Part shown: in pieces, positions 31,273-42,094 of the stretch
Position numbering within the stretch: position 1 is the stretch's first letter
Layout of the letters: each line of letters starts with the position of its first letter
Assembly: GCA_963726745.1 (NCBI GenBank)
Contig: CAVSDR010000006.1
Span: 971,159 to 1,035,158 of the forward strand
Direction of reading: 5' to 3'
From: an uncultured Verrucomicrobiae bacterium
GTDB lineage: Bacteria > Verrucomicrobiota > Verrucomicrobiia > Chthoniobacterales > UBA10450
DNA length: 64,000 nucleotides
Notes under the pieces: generated by a model
Told to the model about the DNA's origin: nothing
Databases searched by the model: none
Seen by the model: the letters and a program-made list of their open reading frames with translations, nothing else
Program-made: the position numbers and the translations under genes

Positions 31273-32360
31273 TGTCGCGCCGCCTTTTCCTTCTCTTCTC
31301 GGCGGCGCTCTTTTTCACGGATGCTCTCCAGGCGCAATCGCCCGCGCCCAGCCCATCGGCCACGGCGTCGCCCACGCCCGCACCGTCGCCCACTACAGAA
31401 GAAATAGTCGGCAAGATGGCGCCGGCCGATCTCCAGCAGGCGATCCAGTTGCTCAAGAGCAATTACATCAACCCGGAAGCGTTAAGCGAAGTGGAGTTGA
31501 ATCGTGCGATGCTCCTGGGCGTGGTCGAGCGCCTCGGTCCGGGCGCCCTCGTCCTCGCGGAGCGGGCGACGCAGCCTAACGAGACCAGCGCGCCGTTCTT
31601 CGGCGAAGTGCTCGAAGGCCATGTGGCCTACCTGCGCTTCGGTGCGCTGACCCCGGCGAATCTCCAGGCGCTCGACGCCTTCTGGGGCACGCTCCAGGCC
31701 AAGAAAATCGACGCGGTGGTGGTCGACCTGCGCGCGAGCGCAACCACGAACGACTTCGCGCTCGCGGCCGAGTTTGCCAAGCGTTTCGTGGCCCGCGGGA
31801 AGCCGCTCTTCACCCTGCGAAAAAGCTCGGCCAAGCAGGAGCGGACCTTCGCAAATGAGCGCGAGCCGCTTTTCCAAGGTCTCCTCCTGGTGCTCGCGGA
31901 CGAGGAAACCGCCGGGCCCGCGGAAGCGATTGCCGGCATTTCCCGTCTCTACAGCAAGGCGCTCGTGATCGGCCAGCCGACCGCCGGCCAGGCGGTGGAA
32001 TATGCCGACCTGCCGATGAGCGGAGGACGCATCCTGCGCGTGGCCGTGGCCGAGGCCATCCTGCCCGATGGCCGCTCGCTCTTTCCCCGCGGGGTCGCGC
32101 CGGATCTCGCGGTGCAAATGCTCGCGGCCGACAAGCGCACCGTCTTTGAGCAAAGCCGCGAGAAAGGGATCGCGCCGTTTATTTTCGAAAACGAACGCCC
32201 GCACCTGAACGAGGCCGCGCTCCTCGCCGGGCGCAACCCGGAGATCGAGGCCATGGAAGCCGCGCAACGCCGTCGGAACGAGAAACCAAAAACGCTCGAC
32301 CCGGTGCTGCAACGCGCGATCGACGTGATCACTTCTCTCGCGATTTACCAGCAAAAGTAG
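31272..32360 (+). CDS. exported S41 peptidase-like protein (catalytic residues apparently lost)
   Basis: Signal peptide, S/P/T linker, VAYLRF, VVDLR, TAGPAE, VIGQPTAG, GVAPD. Confidence 0.75.
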   Translation: MSRRLFLLFSAALFFTDALQAQSPAPSPSATASPTPAPSPTTEEIVGKMAPADLQQAIQLLKSNYINPEALSEVELNRAMLLGVVERLGPGALVLAERATQPNETSAPFFGEVLEGHVAYLRFGALTPANLQALDAFWGTLQAKKIDAVVVDLRASATTNDFALAAEFAKRFVARGKPLFTLRKSSAKQERTFANEREPLFQGLLLVLADEETAGPAEAIAGISRLYSKALVIGQPTAGQAVEYADLPMSGGRILRVAVAEAILPDGRSLFPRGVAPDLAVQMLAADKRTVFEQSREKGIAPFIFENERPHLNEAALLAGRNPEIEAMEAAQRRRNEKPKTLDPVLQRAIDVITSLAIYQQK

Positions 32361-32368
32361 CCCGCCCC

Positions 32369-33067
32369 GTGAACCCGCTCGAGGAACGCATCGGCCACAA
32401 ATTTCGCAACTCGCTCCTGCTCGCGGAAGCGCTCACGCATCCCAGCCTGGGTCACGAAACCCAGCGGCATCACTTCGATAATCAGCGCCTGGAGTTCCTC
32501 GGCGATGCCGTCCTGCAGCTTATCATCACCGAGCATCTCTACGCGCTTTTCCCGCGCGAACCCGAAGGCCGGCTGACGAAATTGCGTTCGCGCCTGGTTT
32601 CGCGCGAAGCGCTCCGCGGCCATGCCCACCGGCTGGAGCTGGGGAAATTCCTCCTCATGGGCCGCGGCGAGGAAGCCAGCGGCGGGCGCGAGCGGACCTC
32701 GACTTTAGCCGACGCTTTCGAGGCGCTCCTGGGCGCGATTTATCTCGATACCGATCTCGCAACCGCGCGGCGTTTTGTCCTCGCGCTCGCGAGCGATGAC
32801 CTCGCCCTGATCGAACAGGAGCCGGTCGACATCAACCCAAAGGGCCACCTGCAGGAGACGCTGCAGGCGATCTCGCCGCGCAGTCCGGTTTACCAGCTGC
32901 TTTCAGAGAGCGGGCGCGAGCACGAGAAGACGTTCGTGGTGCGCGTCGTCTGGGAAGGGATCTCGCTCGGCGAAGGCAGCGGCAAAAGCAAAAAGCAGGC
33001 GGAAACCGCGGCCGCGATCGTCGCCATGCAGCAGCGCGCCTGGGAACGGACCTTTCCCTCGGACTAA
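32369..33067 (+). CDS. rnc: ribonuclease III
   Basis: ALTHPS, NQRLEFLGDAVL, ADAFEA, dsRBD KKQAE. Confidence 0.97.
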   Translation: MNPLEERIGHKFRNSLLLAEALTHPSLGHETQRHHFDNQRLEFLGDAVLQLIITEHLYALFPREPEGRLTKLRSRLVSREALRGHAHRLELGKFLLMGRGEEASGGRERTSTLADAFEALLGAIYLDTDLATARRFVLALASDDLALIEQEPVDINPKGHLQETLQAISPRSPVYQLLSESGREHEKTFVVRVVWEGISLGEGSGKSKKQAETAAAIVAMQQRAWERTFPSD

Positions 33068-33855
33068 AGCTCGTCCTGCGGCTGATGATTCAATGCCTGC
33101 AAGCCGTCTGCCCAGGTGAAGTGCTGCGCGATCGCGCGGCTCACGTAATTTTTCGCCACGCGGATGGCGTCGGCTAAATCGCGTCCCGCGGCCAGGCCCG
33201 CGGCGATCGCGGCCGAGTAGGTGCAGCCGGTTCCGTGCGTCTGCACCCCGCGCGTGAAAGGGGCGGCAAATTCCTCCACGCCGCCCGCGGTGCAGAGCAG
33301 ATCGATCGCGACTCTTCCGCCGAGATGCCCGCCCTTGAGCAACACCGGCACGCCATAGCGCGCACGCAATTCCTCCCCTGCGGCGTGCATTTCCGCGAGC
33401 GCGCGTATCGGCCGGCCGAGCAGCGTGGAAGCTTCATCGAGATTCGGCGTGAGCACCGCCGCCAGCGGGAAAAGCTCGCGCTCATAAGTGCTCACGGCTT
33501 CGGCCTGCAAGAGGAGATCGCCACTCGTCGCCACCATCACCGGATCGACCACCAGGGGAATGGTGCCCCCGCGCAGGACTTCGACCACGCGCGCGACAAT
33601 CTCCGGCGAATGCAACAGGCCGGTCTTGATCGCGCCCACGGGAAAATTAGCCAGCAAGATGCGAATTTGTTCCGCGACCATTTCGGGCGCGACCGGGTCG
33701 ATGCGCGTGACTTTGCCGGGCGTCTCTGCGACCACACAGGTGAGCGCAGTTAAGCCGTAAACGCCGAGCGCACTGAAGGTCTTCAGGTCCGCCTGCGCGC
33801 CCGCGCCAGCGCTGCAATCCGAGCCCGCGATCGTGAGCGCTACGGGAATGCTCAT
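33064..33855 (-). CDS. thiD: hydroxymethylpyrimidine/phosphomethylpyrimidine kinase
   Basis: LTIAGSD..GAG.QADLKT, DPVM, TPNL, KGGH, THGTGC. Confidence 0.95.
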   Translation of the reverse strand: MSIPVALTIAGSDCSAGAGAQADLKTFSALGVYGLTALTCVVAETPGKVTRIDPVAPEMVAEQIRILLANFPVGAIKTGLLHSPEIVARVVEVLRGGTIPLVVDPVMVATSGDLLLQAEAVSTYERELFPLAAVLTPNLDEASTLLGRPIRALAEMHAAGEELRARYGVPVLLKGGHLGGRVAIDLLCTAGGVEEFAAPFTRGVQTHGTGCTYSAAIAAGLAAGRDLADAIRVAKNYVSRAIAQHFTWADGLQALNHQPQDEL

Positions 33856-33882
33856 GCTGCGCCGCGGTGCGGCTACTGCTCG

Positions 33883-34116
33883 TTAGGCGCCGTCGGCGCC
33901 GATGGCCTCGACCGGGCAGCCTTCCATCGCTTCCTTGCAGAGGGCTTCCTCGTCGGGCGATTCCGGCTGCTTGTAGACAAAGGAATGGCCGCCGTCGTCG
34001 TTCCGCTTGAAGTTCGCGGGTGCGGTTTCACGGCAGAGATCGCAGTCGATGCACTGGTCGTCCACGTAGAAAGTGCCGCCTACGTTTTCGGGATATTTGT
34101 TTGCTGCGTCAGCCAT
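33883..34116 (-). CDS. ferredoxin (single Fe-S cluster)
   Basis: CIDCDLC...CPVEAI. Confidence 0.93.
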   Translation of the reverse strand: MADAANKYPENVGGTFYVDDQCIDCDLCRETAPANFKRNDDGGHSFVYKQPESPDEEALCKEAMEGCPVEAIGADGA

Positions 34117-34227
34117 TTTTCCTAGGGAAATTAGGGCGCAAGATTAAAAAGAAACCACCGCGGCGCAATGCTTATTTGCGAAACGCGGCCTCTCCCGCGC
34201 AACCATCCGCAACGCCAGAGGCGAAGG

Positions 34228-34503
34228 ATGAGTGTGCCCACGGTGAAGCGTCAAAAGAGCAAAGCCTCCGCTGGCAAGACGGTGCGCGCGCTCCTGCTCG
34301 AGCTGCCGATCTACGGCGCGCTCGTCGTCGGCTACTTCTTCGCGGTCCTGCATTTCCTCAGCGACTGGCTGCAGCATCTCCATCAGCACCAGACCTTCGC
34401 CTACGCGATCGTCGCGATCGTGCTCGTGATCGGCCAGGCCGTCGTCCTCGAGTGGGTCAGCACGCTCTTGCTCCGGTTTTTCCAGGGAGGCCGCTCGGAG
34501 TAA
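34228..34503 (+). CDS. small two-helix membrane protein
   Basis: Two hydrophobic segments; 6 nt before TauE gene. Confidence 0.7.
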   Translation: MSVPTVKRQKSKASAGKTVRALLLELPIYGALVVGYFFAVLHFLSDWLQHLHQHQTFAYAIVAIVLVIGQAVVLEWVSTLLLRFFQGGRSE

Positions 34504-34509
34504 TCGCAA

Positions 34510-35406
34510 ATGCATTTCCCGATTTCCGGCGCGGAGATCAATCCGTTCTATCTCGTCTTCATCGGCTTCCTTATCGGGATGCTCGGCGGCTTTTTCGGCG
34601 TTGGCGGCAGCTTCATCGCCGGGCCGGCCTTGCGCGCCGTCGGGTTGGATTGGAATTTCGCCGTCGGCACTGATCTTGCCCATATCGTCGGCAAATCGGT
34701 CGTAGCCGCGAAGCGTCACCGCGCGCTCGGGAATGTCGACCTGCGCCTCGGCTTGATCATGGCGCTCGGGACCATCGGCGGCGCGGAAGTAGGGGCGCAG
34801 TTGATCGAGGCGCTGAAGCGCGCGGGCAACGTCAACTTTGTCGTCAGCATCGTCTCGGTCACGATCTACGTGAGCATCTCCGGCTTCATGGCCTGGGAAG
34901 GCTGGCGCACCTTGCGGACGAAGCGCGGGAAGCGCACGCGGGACCACAATTCCTTCGCCGGGCTCACCCGCGCGGTTCAACGGATCCAGCTCGCGCCGAT
35001 GATCTCGCTGCCTGCTTCCGGGGTGAAGTCGATCAGCATCTGGGTGATTATTTTCGTCTCCTTCTTTGCCGGGTTGCTGGCCGGCTTTCTCGGCGGCGGC
35101 GGTGGCTACATCCGCATGCCGATGCTGGTTTACGTGCTCGGAATTCCCACGCACCTGGCCGTGGGCACAGACCTCTTCGAGATCATCATTTCGGCCAGCT
35201 ACGGCACCTTCACCCACGCGATGAAAGGCAACGTCGACATCATGATCGCGCTCGTGATGCACACCGGCGCGGCCATCGGCGCGCAGATCGGCGCGATCGC
35301 CACGCAATATTTCACCGGCCCAAAAATCCGCCTCGCCTTCGTGCCGCTGCCGTTGATCGGCGCGGCCATCGTCATTTACACTTTGCTCACCGGAAACAAA
35401 CTTTAG
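34510..35406 (+). CDS. TauE/SafE (TSUP) family transporter
   Basis: Duplicated GGFFGVGG / AGFLGGGGG and AVGTDL motifs. Confidence 0.92.
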   Translation: MHFPISGAEINPFYLVFIGFLIGMLGGFFGVGGSFIAGPALRAVGLDWNFAVGTDLAHIVGKSVVAAKRHRALGNVDLRLGLIMALGTIGGAEVGAQLIEALKRAGNVNFVVSIVSVTIYVSISGFMAWEGWRTLRTKRGKRTRDHNSFAGLTRAVQRIQLAPMISLPASGVKSISIWVIIFVSFFAGLLAGFLGGGGGYIRMPMLVYVLGIPTHLAVGTDLFEIIISASYGTFTHAMKGNVDIMIALVMHTGAAIGAQIGAIATQYFTGPKIRLAFVPLPLIGAAIVIYTLLTGNKL

Positions 35407-35413
35407 CGAACCG

Positions 35414-36289
35414 ATGCGTCTCTTGATTTGCAGCGATGGAACCGAGACGGCCGACAAGCCGGCGCACATCGGCGGCATCGTTGCCGGCGCCTGCCGGGCG
35501 GAGGTGACGCTGCTCGGGATCGCCGAGCGCGAACCGGACGAGCCTGCGCTCCGCCGCGCGCTCGAAACCGAGGCCGCAACGTTGCGGAAGCTCGGGGTCG
35601 AGCCGGCGATCGTGCTCCGCCATGGCGAACCGATCGCGCAAATCCTCCACCAGACGGTCGAGGAAAAGTCCGATCTCGTAGTCGTAGGCGCGCGCGGTCG
35701 GCGGATCAGCGGCGAGTTCACCCATTCGCCGCGCACCTACGAGGTGATCAAGGCCATCCCGGCGCCGGTGCTTATCGCCACCGGGCGTTGCGACCAGGTC
35801 GCGAAATTTCTCGTCTGCACCGGCGGCAAAAAATACATCGACGACGCGGTCAAGCTCACCGGCGAAATCGCCGCCTGCGCCGGCGCCTCCGTTACCTTGC
35901 TCCATGTGATGGCCGAGCCGCCGGCGATCTATGCCGACCTCGCGCGGCTCGAGGAAGACGTGGAGGGACTCCTCGCCGGCGAATCCGAACTGGGTCGGAA
36001 TTTGCGCACGCAAAAAGAAGGGCTGGAGAAGCTGGGCGTGCCCGTGGCCGTGCGCGTCCGCCAGGGCTTCGTGCTCGACGAAGTTTTCCGCGAGCTTGCC
36101 GAGGGCGATTACGACCTGATCGTCACCGGCTCCTCGCAAGCGCGCGGGCCGCTGCGGCATTACATCATGGGCGACATCACCCGCAGCATCGTCAATCGCG
36201 CGCGCTGTCCGGTGCTGGTCGCGCGGCCCGCGGCGCACGGCGGCGGCGGAATCTGGTCGGCGTTCAAGAACGCCCTCGGCCTTTCGTAG
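35414..36289 (+). CDS. universal stress protein (tandem USP domains)
   Basis: DLVVVGARG...PVLIA; DLIVTGS...MGDITRSIVNRARCPVLV. Confidence 0.92.
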   Translation: MRLLICSDGTETADKPAHIGGIVAGACRAEVTLLGIAEREPDEPALRRALETEAATLRKLGVEPAIVLRHGEPIAQILHQTVEEKSDLVVVGARGRRISGEFTHSPRTYEVIKAIPAPVLIATGRCDQVAKFLVCTGGKKYIDDAVKLTGEIAACAGASVTLLHVMAEPPAIYADLARLEEDVEGLLAGESELGRNLRTQKEGLEKLGVPVAVRVRQGFVLDEVFRELAEGDYDLIVTGSSQARGPLRHYIMGDITRSIVNRARCPVLVARPAAHGGGGIWSAFKNALGLS

Positions 36290-36300
36290 CCGCGCCAGAT

Positions 36301-37083
36301 TTAGCCGTCGTCTTCACTCGGCCGCAGCGCGGCAATCCCGCCGCTCTGCGCGCGCATCAGCGCCTCGCCGATCAGGACCGCGTTCACTCCGCAGGCCCGC
36401 ACGCGCGCGATATCCGCCGCGCTCCGCAGTCCACTTTCACTCACCAGGAGCATTCCATTCGGCACTTCCTCGCTCAGCGTTTCCGTCACCGCGAGATCGA
36501 CCTCGAAGGTCGCGAGGTTGCGATTGTTGATCCCGATAATCTGCGCGTCGGTCTCGAGCGCCCGCTCCATCTCCGCGAGCGTGTGCACCTCCACGAGCAC
36601 GTCGAGATGGTAACGCCCGGCCGCTTCCAGCAACTCGATCAATTGCTCCTGCGCCAGCGCGGCCACGATCAGCAGGATGGCGTCCGCGCCCGCGGCCGAG
36701 GCCTCGGCGATCTGCACCTCGTCGAGGATGAAATCCTTCCGCAAGAGCGGCACCTCCACCGCCGCGCGGATCTGCGCGAGGTAATCCAGGTGACCCTGGA
36801 AAAATTGCTCATCGGTCAACACCGAGATCGCCTCCGCACCGGCGCGCGCGTAGTTCCGCGCGATCGCCACCGGGTCGAACGACTCCACGATCACCCCTGC
36901 AGAAGGCGAGGCTTTCTTCACCTCCGCGATGAGCGCCAGCCGATCGGGCCCCTGGTCAAGCGCGGCGTGGAAGCTGCGAAAATCATTCCGCTGCAGCGCG
37001 CGCGCGCGCAATTCCTCGCGCCGTGGCCGCAGCCGCGCGATCTCCGCCCGTTTCACCTCGAGGATTTCGTCCAGCCGGCTCAC
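36301..37083 (-). CDS. trpC: indole-3-glycerol phosphate synthase
   Basis: LIAEVKKASPSAG, SVLTD, LRKDF, GINNRNL, SESG. Confidence 0.96.
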   Translation of the reverse strand: MSRLDEILEVKRAEIARLRPRREELRARALQRNDFRSFHAALDQGPDRLALIAEVKKASPSAGVIVESFDPVAIARNYARAGAEAISVLTDEQFFQGHLDYLAQIRAAVEVPLLRKDFILDEVQIAEASAAGADAILLIVAALAQEQLIELLEAAGRYHLDVLVEVHTLAEMERALETDAQIIGINNRNLATFEVDLAVTETLSEEVPNGMLLVSESGLRSAADIARVRACGVNAVLIGEALMRAQSGGIAALRPSEDDG

Positions 37084-37110
37084 GCGTTTCTCTAGCAGAA
37101 GCGCACGATC

Positions 37111-38063
37111 TTGCACCGGAATCTCTCCGCCGCGCTCCGGCGTGCGTATCTTTCCCTGGTGTCTTCCCTTCCCTCACCGCGGCGCACGCGGCGCGCTGGC
37201 GTCTCGCGCTGGCTGCGCCATCTCCTGCGCGAGAGCACCGTGGAAGCGCGCCGGCCAGTGCCTGCCGCCTTTGCCCGACCCGAGCCGCACACCTGGCCTA
37301 ACGACCGGATCACCGCTGCCTGGCTCGGCCACTCCAGTGTGCTGCTTAATTTCTGCGGCCTTCACATCCTGACCGATCCCGTTCTTTTCCCGCGCATCGG
37401 CGTTCGCCTGCCTGGCTTTACCCTGGGACCGAAACGCCTCACTGCGCCTGCGCTGCGCGTCGAGGAGCTGCCGCCGATCGATCTCGTCCTGCTCTCGCAC
37501 GCGCACTTCGATCACTTCGACCTGCGCACGCTCCATCAACTGCCGCGGAGCGCGGAAGTGATCACCGCCGCGCGCACCGCCGATCTCCTGCGCTGGACGC
37601 GTTTCCAGAAAAAAACCGAGCTCCGTTGGGGCGAGAGCGCACAATTAGACAGCGGCTTGAAAGTGACCGCTTTCGAGGTGCGGCATTGGGGCGCGCGCCT
37701 GCAGACCGACACCTATCGCGGCTACAACGGCTACGTCCTCGAACATCGCGGCCGGCGGATTCTTTTCGGAGGCGACACCGCGATGACGGATCATTTCGCA
37801 AGCCTCCGCGGCGCGCGGCCCTTCGATCTCGCACTCATGGCCATCGGCGCCTACGATCCGTGGATCCGCGCGCACGCCACCCCGGAGGAAGCCATCGCCA
37901 TGGCCGATGCCGCAGGCGCGGAACACATCATGCCGTTGCATCACCAGACTTTTCGCCTGAGCGCGGAGCCCTTCCGCGAACCGATCGAGCGCTTCGAGGC
38001 GGCCCTGGCCGCGATCCGCATCGCGTCGCCTTGCGCGAGATCGGCGAAACTTTTCGCCTGTGA
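37111..38063 (+). CDS. MBL-fold hydrolase (NAPE-PLD/RomA-like), apparent frameshift near 38012; start uncertain
   Basis: WLGHSS, LTDP, SHAHFDHFD, RHWG, GGDT, IGAY; natural end RVALREIGETFRL* lies in another frame. Confidence 0.85.
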
Positions 38064-38102
38064 TCCGGCGCGCGCTGTTCGTGGGTTGGTTTCGGCGCCA
38101 GC

Positions 38103-39467
38103 GTGGTGCTCCTGCTTGGCTCGCTCTTCACCCTCGCGAGCGCGCCCAACGCCGTCTTCTGGATCATCGCAATCGTCTTTGCGGAATGGGGACATTGGAT
38201 TGCGCCCGGCGCGTTCCTGCTCGCGCTCCTGGCCTTTCGCGGCGGAAAAATTGGGCGCGCCACCGCCGTGCTCGCGCTCGTGGCCGGCGCGCTTTGCCTC
38301 ACGCCGACGCTCCGCGCGTGGCAACTTGCGCGCACTTTGCCGGAACGCTGCACTGCCGCTTTCGGCCCGGCGGAGATTGGCCGCGAGCCGTTCAAGTTGC
38401 TCACTCTTTTTCGCGGAGTGCCGACCGATGGCGTCAGCCGCACCGAGCACATCTACGGACGACCCGAAGGAAAAAAACTCACGCTCGATTTCTATCAAAC
38501 GGACGCGGGCAAGCAGGCGCGGCCGCTCATCATCACGGTGCACGGGGGCGCTTGGGATCGCGGCAGCCGCCGCGAGTTGCCGGCGATCAATCGCTACCTC
38601 GCGCATCGCGGCTATGCGGTCGCGGCGATCGATTACCGCCTCGCGCCGAAGTGGACTTTCCCCGCGCCGGTGGACGATGTCTTCCGCGCGATCGATTACT
38701 TGAAAGCGCACGCGCAAGAGCTGCGGATCGATCCTTCGCGCATCGCGATTTTCGGCCGCTCCGCCGGCGGCCAGATCGCGCTTTCCGCCGGCTACGCCGG
38801 GCGCGATCCGGGCATCCGCGCGGTGATCGATTTCTACGGCCCGGCCGACCTCTTGTTAGGCTACAACGTCCCCAGCCGGAAGTGGGTCCTCGACTCTCAG
38901 CAGTCGCTCATCCAATACGTCCCCGGCACGCCCGACTCGAATCCCGCCGGCTACCGCGCGGCTTCCGCGATCCAGTTCGTCGATGCGCACACGCCGCCGA
39001 CCTTCCTGCTCCACGGCCGGCTGGACCCGATCGTTTGGCCGATGCAAAGCGAGGCGCTGGCGGCGAAATTAGCCAGCGAGATGCGGCCGCATTTGTTCCT
39101 TGAATTGCCGTGGGCCACGCATGGCTGCGATGCGAATCTCAGCGGGCCGAGCGGCCAGCTCGCGCTCTACGTGCTCGATCGCCTGCTCGCTTCCGTCTTC
39201 GCCGAGCCAGACGACTCGTTAGGCCAGTTCCACCCCGGTCAGCCGCTGGAAGGCTTCCCGGTATTTTGCCGTCGTTTTCTCGATCACATCCGCCGGGAGA
39301 TGCGGGCCGGGCGGCATCTTGTCCCACGAGAGCGTCTCGAGATAGTCGCGCACGAATTGCTTGTCGAAACTCGGCGGGCTTTGGCCGACGACGTATTGAT
39401 CGGCCGGCCAAAAACGCGAGGAATCCGGCGTGAGGCATTCATCGATCAGCAACAACTCGCCGTCTAA
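38103..39467 (+). CDS. alpha/beta hydrolase (lipase/esterase). True start probably 38060 and true end probably about 39222, both via apparent indels
   Basis: [29 protein letters not shown]; the 250-nt tail overlapping purC is doubtful. Confidence 0.8.
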   Translation: MVLLLGSLFTLASAPNAVFWIIAIVFAEWGHWIAPGAFLLALLAFRGGKIGRATAVLALVAGALCLTPTLRAWQLARTLPERCTAAFGPAEIGREPFKLLTLFRGVPTDGVSRTEHIYGRPEGKKLTLDFYQTDAGKQARPLIITVHGGAWDRGSRRELPAINRYLAHRGYAVAAIDYRLAPKWTFPAPVDDVFRAIDYLKAHAQELRIDPSRIAIFGRSAGGQIALSAGYAGRDPGIRAVIDFYGPADLLLGYNVPSRKWVLDSQQSLIQYVPGTPDSNPAGYRAASAIQFVDAHTPPTFLLHGRLDPIVWPMQSEALAAKLASEMRPHLFLELPWATHGCDANLSGPSGQLALYVLDRLLASVFAEPDDSLGQFHPGQPLEGFPVFCRRFLDHIRREMRAGRHLVPRERLEIVAHELLVETRRALADDVLIGRPKTRGIRREAFIDQQQLAV

Positions 39468-40100
39468 AAGCCCGAACTCGAACTTCGTGTCCGCGACGAT
39501 GATCCCCCGCTCCGCGGCATGCGCGCGGCCGGCTTCGTAAACCTTGAGGCTCAGGTCGCGCACTTCGCGCGCGCGTTCCTCGCCGATCATCCGGCAACAC
39601 TCCGCCCAGTCGATATTCAGGTCGTGGCCGGCCTCGCTCTTGGTCGACGGGGTGAAGATCGGCTCGGGCAACTGCGAGGCCAGCTGCAGATTAGCCGGCA
39701 ACTTGTGCCCGCAAACTTCCCCTGTGGCTTGGTAATCTTTCCAACCGGAACCCGCGAGATACCCGCGCACGACGCACTCCACCGGGAGCGGCTCGGTCTT
39801 GCGCACGATCATCGAGCGCCCCTCGAGCACCTCACGAAAGTCCGCCAGCTCCGGCGGCAATTCGAACTGCGCCGCGAGCAGGTGGGTCTTCAGAAAAGTG
39901 AAGCGTCCGAACCAAAAAGCGGAGATCTGGTTCAAGACCGCGCCTTTGTCGGGAATTGGATCCGGCAGGATGACGTCGAACGCTGAAAGCCGATCCGTGG
40001 CCACGAAGAGGAGGTTGTCTCCGAGGTCGAAGACCTCGCGCACTTTGCCGCTGCGGAGCTTCGGGATGGGGAGATCGAGCGAAGAGATCGGGGCGGGCAT
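39219..40100 (-). CDS. purC: phosphoribosylaminoimidazole-succinocarboxamide synthase
   Basis: [50 protein letters not shown]. Confidence 0.97.
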   Translation of the reverse strand: MPAPISSLDLPIPKLRSGKVREVFDLGDNLLFVATDRLSAFDVILPDPIPDKGAVLNQISAFWFGRFTFLKTHLLAAQFELPPELADFREVLEGRSMIVRKTEPLPVECVVRGYLAGSGWKDYQATGEVCGHKLPANLQLASQLPEPIFTPSTKSEAGHDLNIDWAECCRMIGEERAREVRDLSLKVYEAGRAHAAERGIIVADTKFEFGLLDGELLLIDECLTPDSSRFWPADQYVVGQSPPSFDKQFVRDYLETLSWDKMPPGPHLPADVIEKTTAKYREAFQRLTGVELA

Positions 40101-40107
40101 CTCCGAA

Positions 40108-40194
40108 AACGTTCCACGTCCAAGGTCCAAGGTTCAACGTCCAAATGGCCGCTGCGTTCAACGTTGGACGTTGCGCGTCGGACGTTGGACGTTG
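40108..40194. repeat. 7-mer tandem/inverted repeat element (AACGTCC-type x5 / CGTTGGA-type x5-6)
   Basis: AACGTTC CACGTCC AAGGTCC AAGGTTC AACGTCC ... CGTTCAA CGTTGGA CGTTGCG CGTCGGA CGTTGGA CGTTG. Confidence 0.8.
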
Positions 40195-40202
40195 CCCCTT
40201 CC

Positions 40203-41370
40203 ATGGCCGGCCTCGTCATCAAACCCCGCGCGCGCATCCTCCATGGCCACGACTGGGTCTTCACCGGCGAAGTCCTGAAGGCGTTTGGCAACCCGGTGGA
40301 CGGCGAGGTCGTCTCGCTCAAGGACGGGAAGGATCGCTTGTTAGGCAGCGCGATCTACAACAGCAAGTCGCAGATCGTCGCGCGGCGTTTCTCGCGCAAA
40401 CGCCAGGAGCTCGACCTCGATTTTTTCCAGCGCCGAATCGCGCAGGCGCTGGCATACCGCGAACGCCGCGGGATCGATCCACGTCTTTGCCGCCTCGTCT
40501 GGAGCGAGAGCGACGGGCTTCCCGGCGTGATCGTCGACCGCTACGGCGATCACCTGGTGCTGCAGACGCTCACCCTCGCGATGGACCAGCGGAAGGCGCT
40601 CATCGTCGAAGCGCTGCGCACGCTCGGGCCGCGCGCGATTATTGAGCGAAACGATGCCAGCGTCCGCCGGGCCGAGGGGATGGAGCTGCAAACCGGCGTG
40701 CTCTTCGGCGAGGCGCCGGGAGAGATCGAGCTCGAGATCGGCGGGCTGCGTTTCGTGGTCGACCTCCTGCAGGCGCAAAAGACCGGCTTCTACCTCGACC
40801 AACTGCCGCACTACCGCGCGGTCGCGGAGTTCTTCCAAGGGCAAACGCGTGCTCGATTGCTTTACCAGCCAGGGCGCCTTTGCGCTCGCTTGCGCGAAGG
40901 CCGGCGCCGAAACCGTGATCGCGGTCGAGGGCAGCAGCGAGAGCCTGGCGGCGGCGCGCGCCAATGCGGAGCGGAATGGGCTCAAGGTGAATTGGGTCGA
41001 GCAGGACGTCTTCGATTTCCTGCGCGCGGCCGAGAAGGCCGAGGCGCAATACGACCTGATCATCCTCGATCCGCCTTCCTTCACCAAGACCAAGGGCGGC
41101 TTGCACAACGCCCTGCGCGGTTATCGCGAGCTGCACGTGCGCGCCTTCAAGTTGCTCTCGAAGGACGGGATGCTCGCGACTTTTTCCTGCTCGCACCACG
41201 TGGGCGAAAACGCCTTTGCCCAGATGCTGGCCGATGCGCTGGTCGATGCCCACCGCTCCGCGCGCCGCCTCCGGCGCTTCGAGCAGGCGCTCGATCACCC
41301 GGTGCTCCCGACTTTGCCGGAGACGGAATATTTCAAGGGCGTCCTCCTGGAGATGATGCCGGGTCGTTAG
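40203..41370 (+). CDS. RlmI-family class I SAM-dependent rRNA methyltransferase (apparent frameshift near 40835)
   Basis: GHDWVF PUA domain, ESDGLPGVIVDRY, QKTGFYLDQ, LDPPSF, FSCS, ETEYFK. Confidence 0.9.
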
Positions 41371-41378
41371 GCAGCAAG

Positions 41379-42091
41379 ATGATGGACCCGGAAAATTTAG
41401 ACAACGAGTTCGCCGCGCTCGCGCCCTGGATCTTCCAGTTCCGCATCGGTGCGCGCGATTTTGGCGGCGGGATCAGCGCGGTGGGCGATGAACGCCTGGC
41501 GCAGTTTTGGAGTTTCGCGCCCGCGCGCGCGCCGCATCCTCGAGCTCGGTTCGCTCGAAGGCGCGCACACCGTGCAACTCGCGGCCCGGCCGGGAGTGGA
41601 GGAAGTGGTCGCGATCGAAGGGCGCGCGGCTAACATTCGCAAAGCCGAACTGGTCACGCGCCTGCTCGAAGTGCGGAACGTGCGCTACGTCGAGGCGAAC
41701 CTGGAGACGACCGACCTCCTGGCGCAGTTCGGCCGCTTCGACGCGATCTTTTGCTCCGGCCTGCTTTATCACCTGCCGGAGCCGTGGAAGCTGATCGAGC
41801 AATTCCCGCAGTGTCGCGCCTTTGCTCTTCGTCTGGACGCATTACTCCGATGACTTGATCGCCAACGAAACCCGCCACGAAATGCGCGGGCAGGTGCACG
41901 TGGAAGGCGGGCCGGACGAGCCGCTCAGCGGCATGTCTGCGACCGCGTTTTGGCCAACGCTTGGATCGCTGACCAAGCTGCTCACGCGTTCCGGTTACCG
42001 CACGATCGAGTTCATCCGTCACGACCCGACGCATCAGAATTCCCCCGCGATCACTTTCGGCGCGCGGACTGCGGATTACCTCGACGCCTAA
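41379..42091 (+). CDS. class I SAM-dependent methyltransferase (apparent frameshifts near 41520 and 41812)
   Basis: ILELGSLEGAH, AIEGR, FDAIFCSGLLYHL, continuing in successive frames. Confidence 0.75.
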
Positions 42092-42094
42092 CGA

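Noticed and set aside
39223..39467. Long antisense overlap of the alpha/beta hydrolase with purC
   Set aside because: The hydrolase fold ends by about 39200, and an out-of-frame TAG at 39220-39222 suggests an indel hides the real stop.
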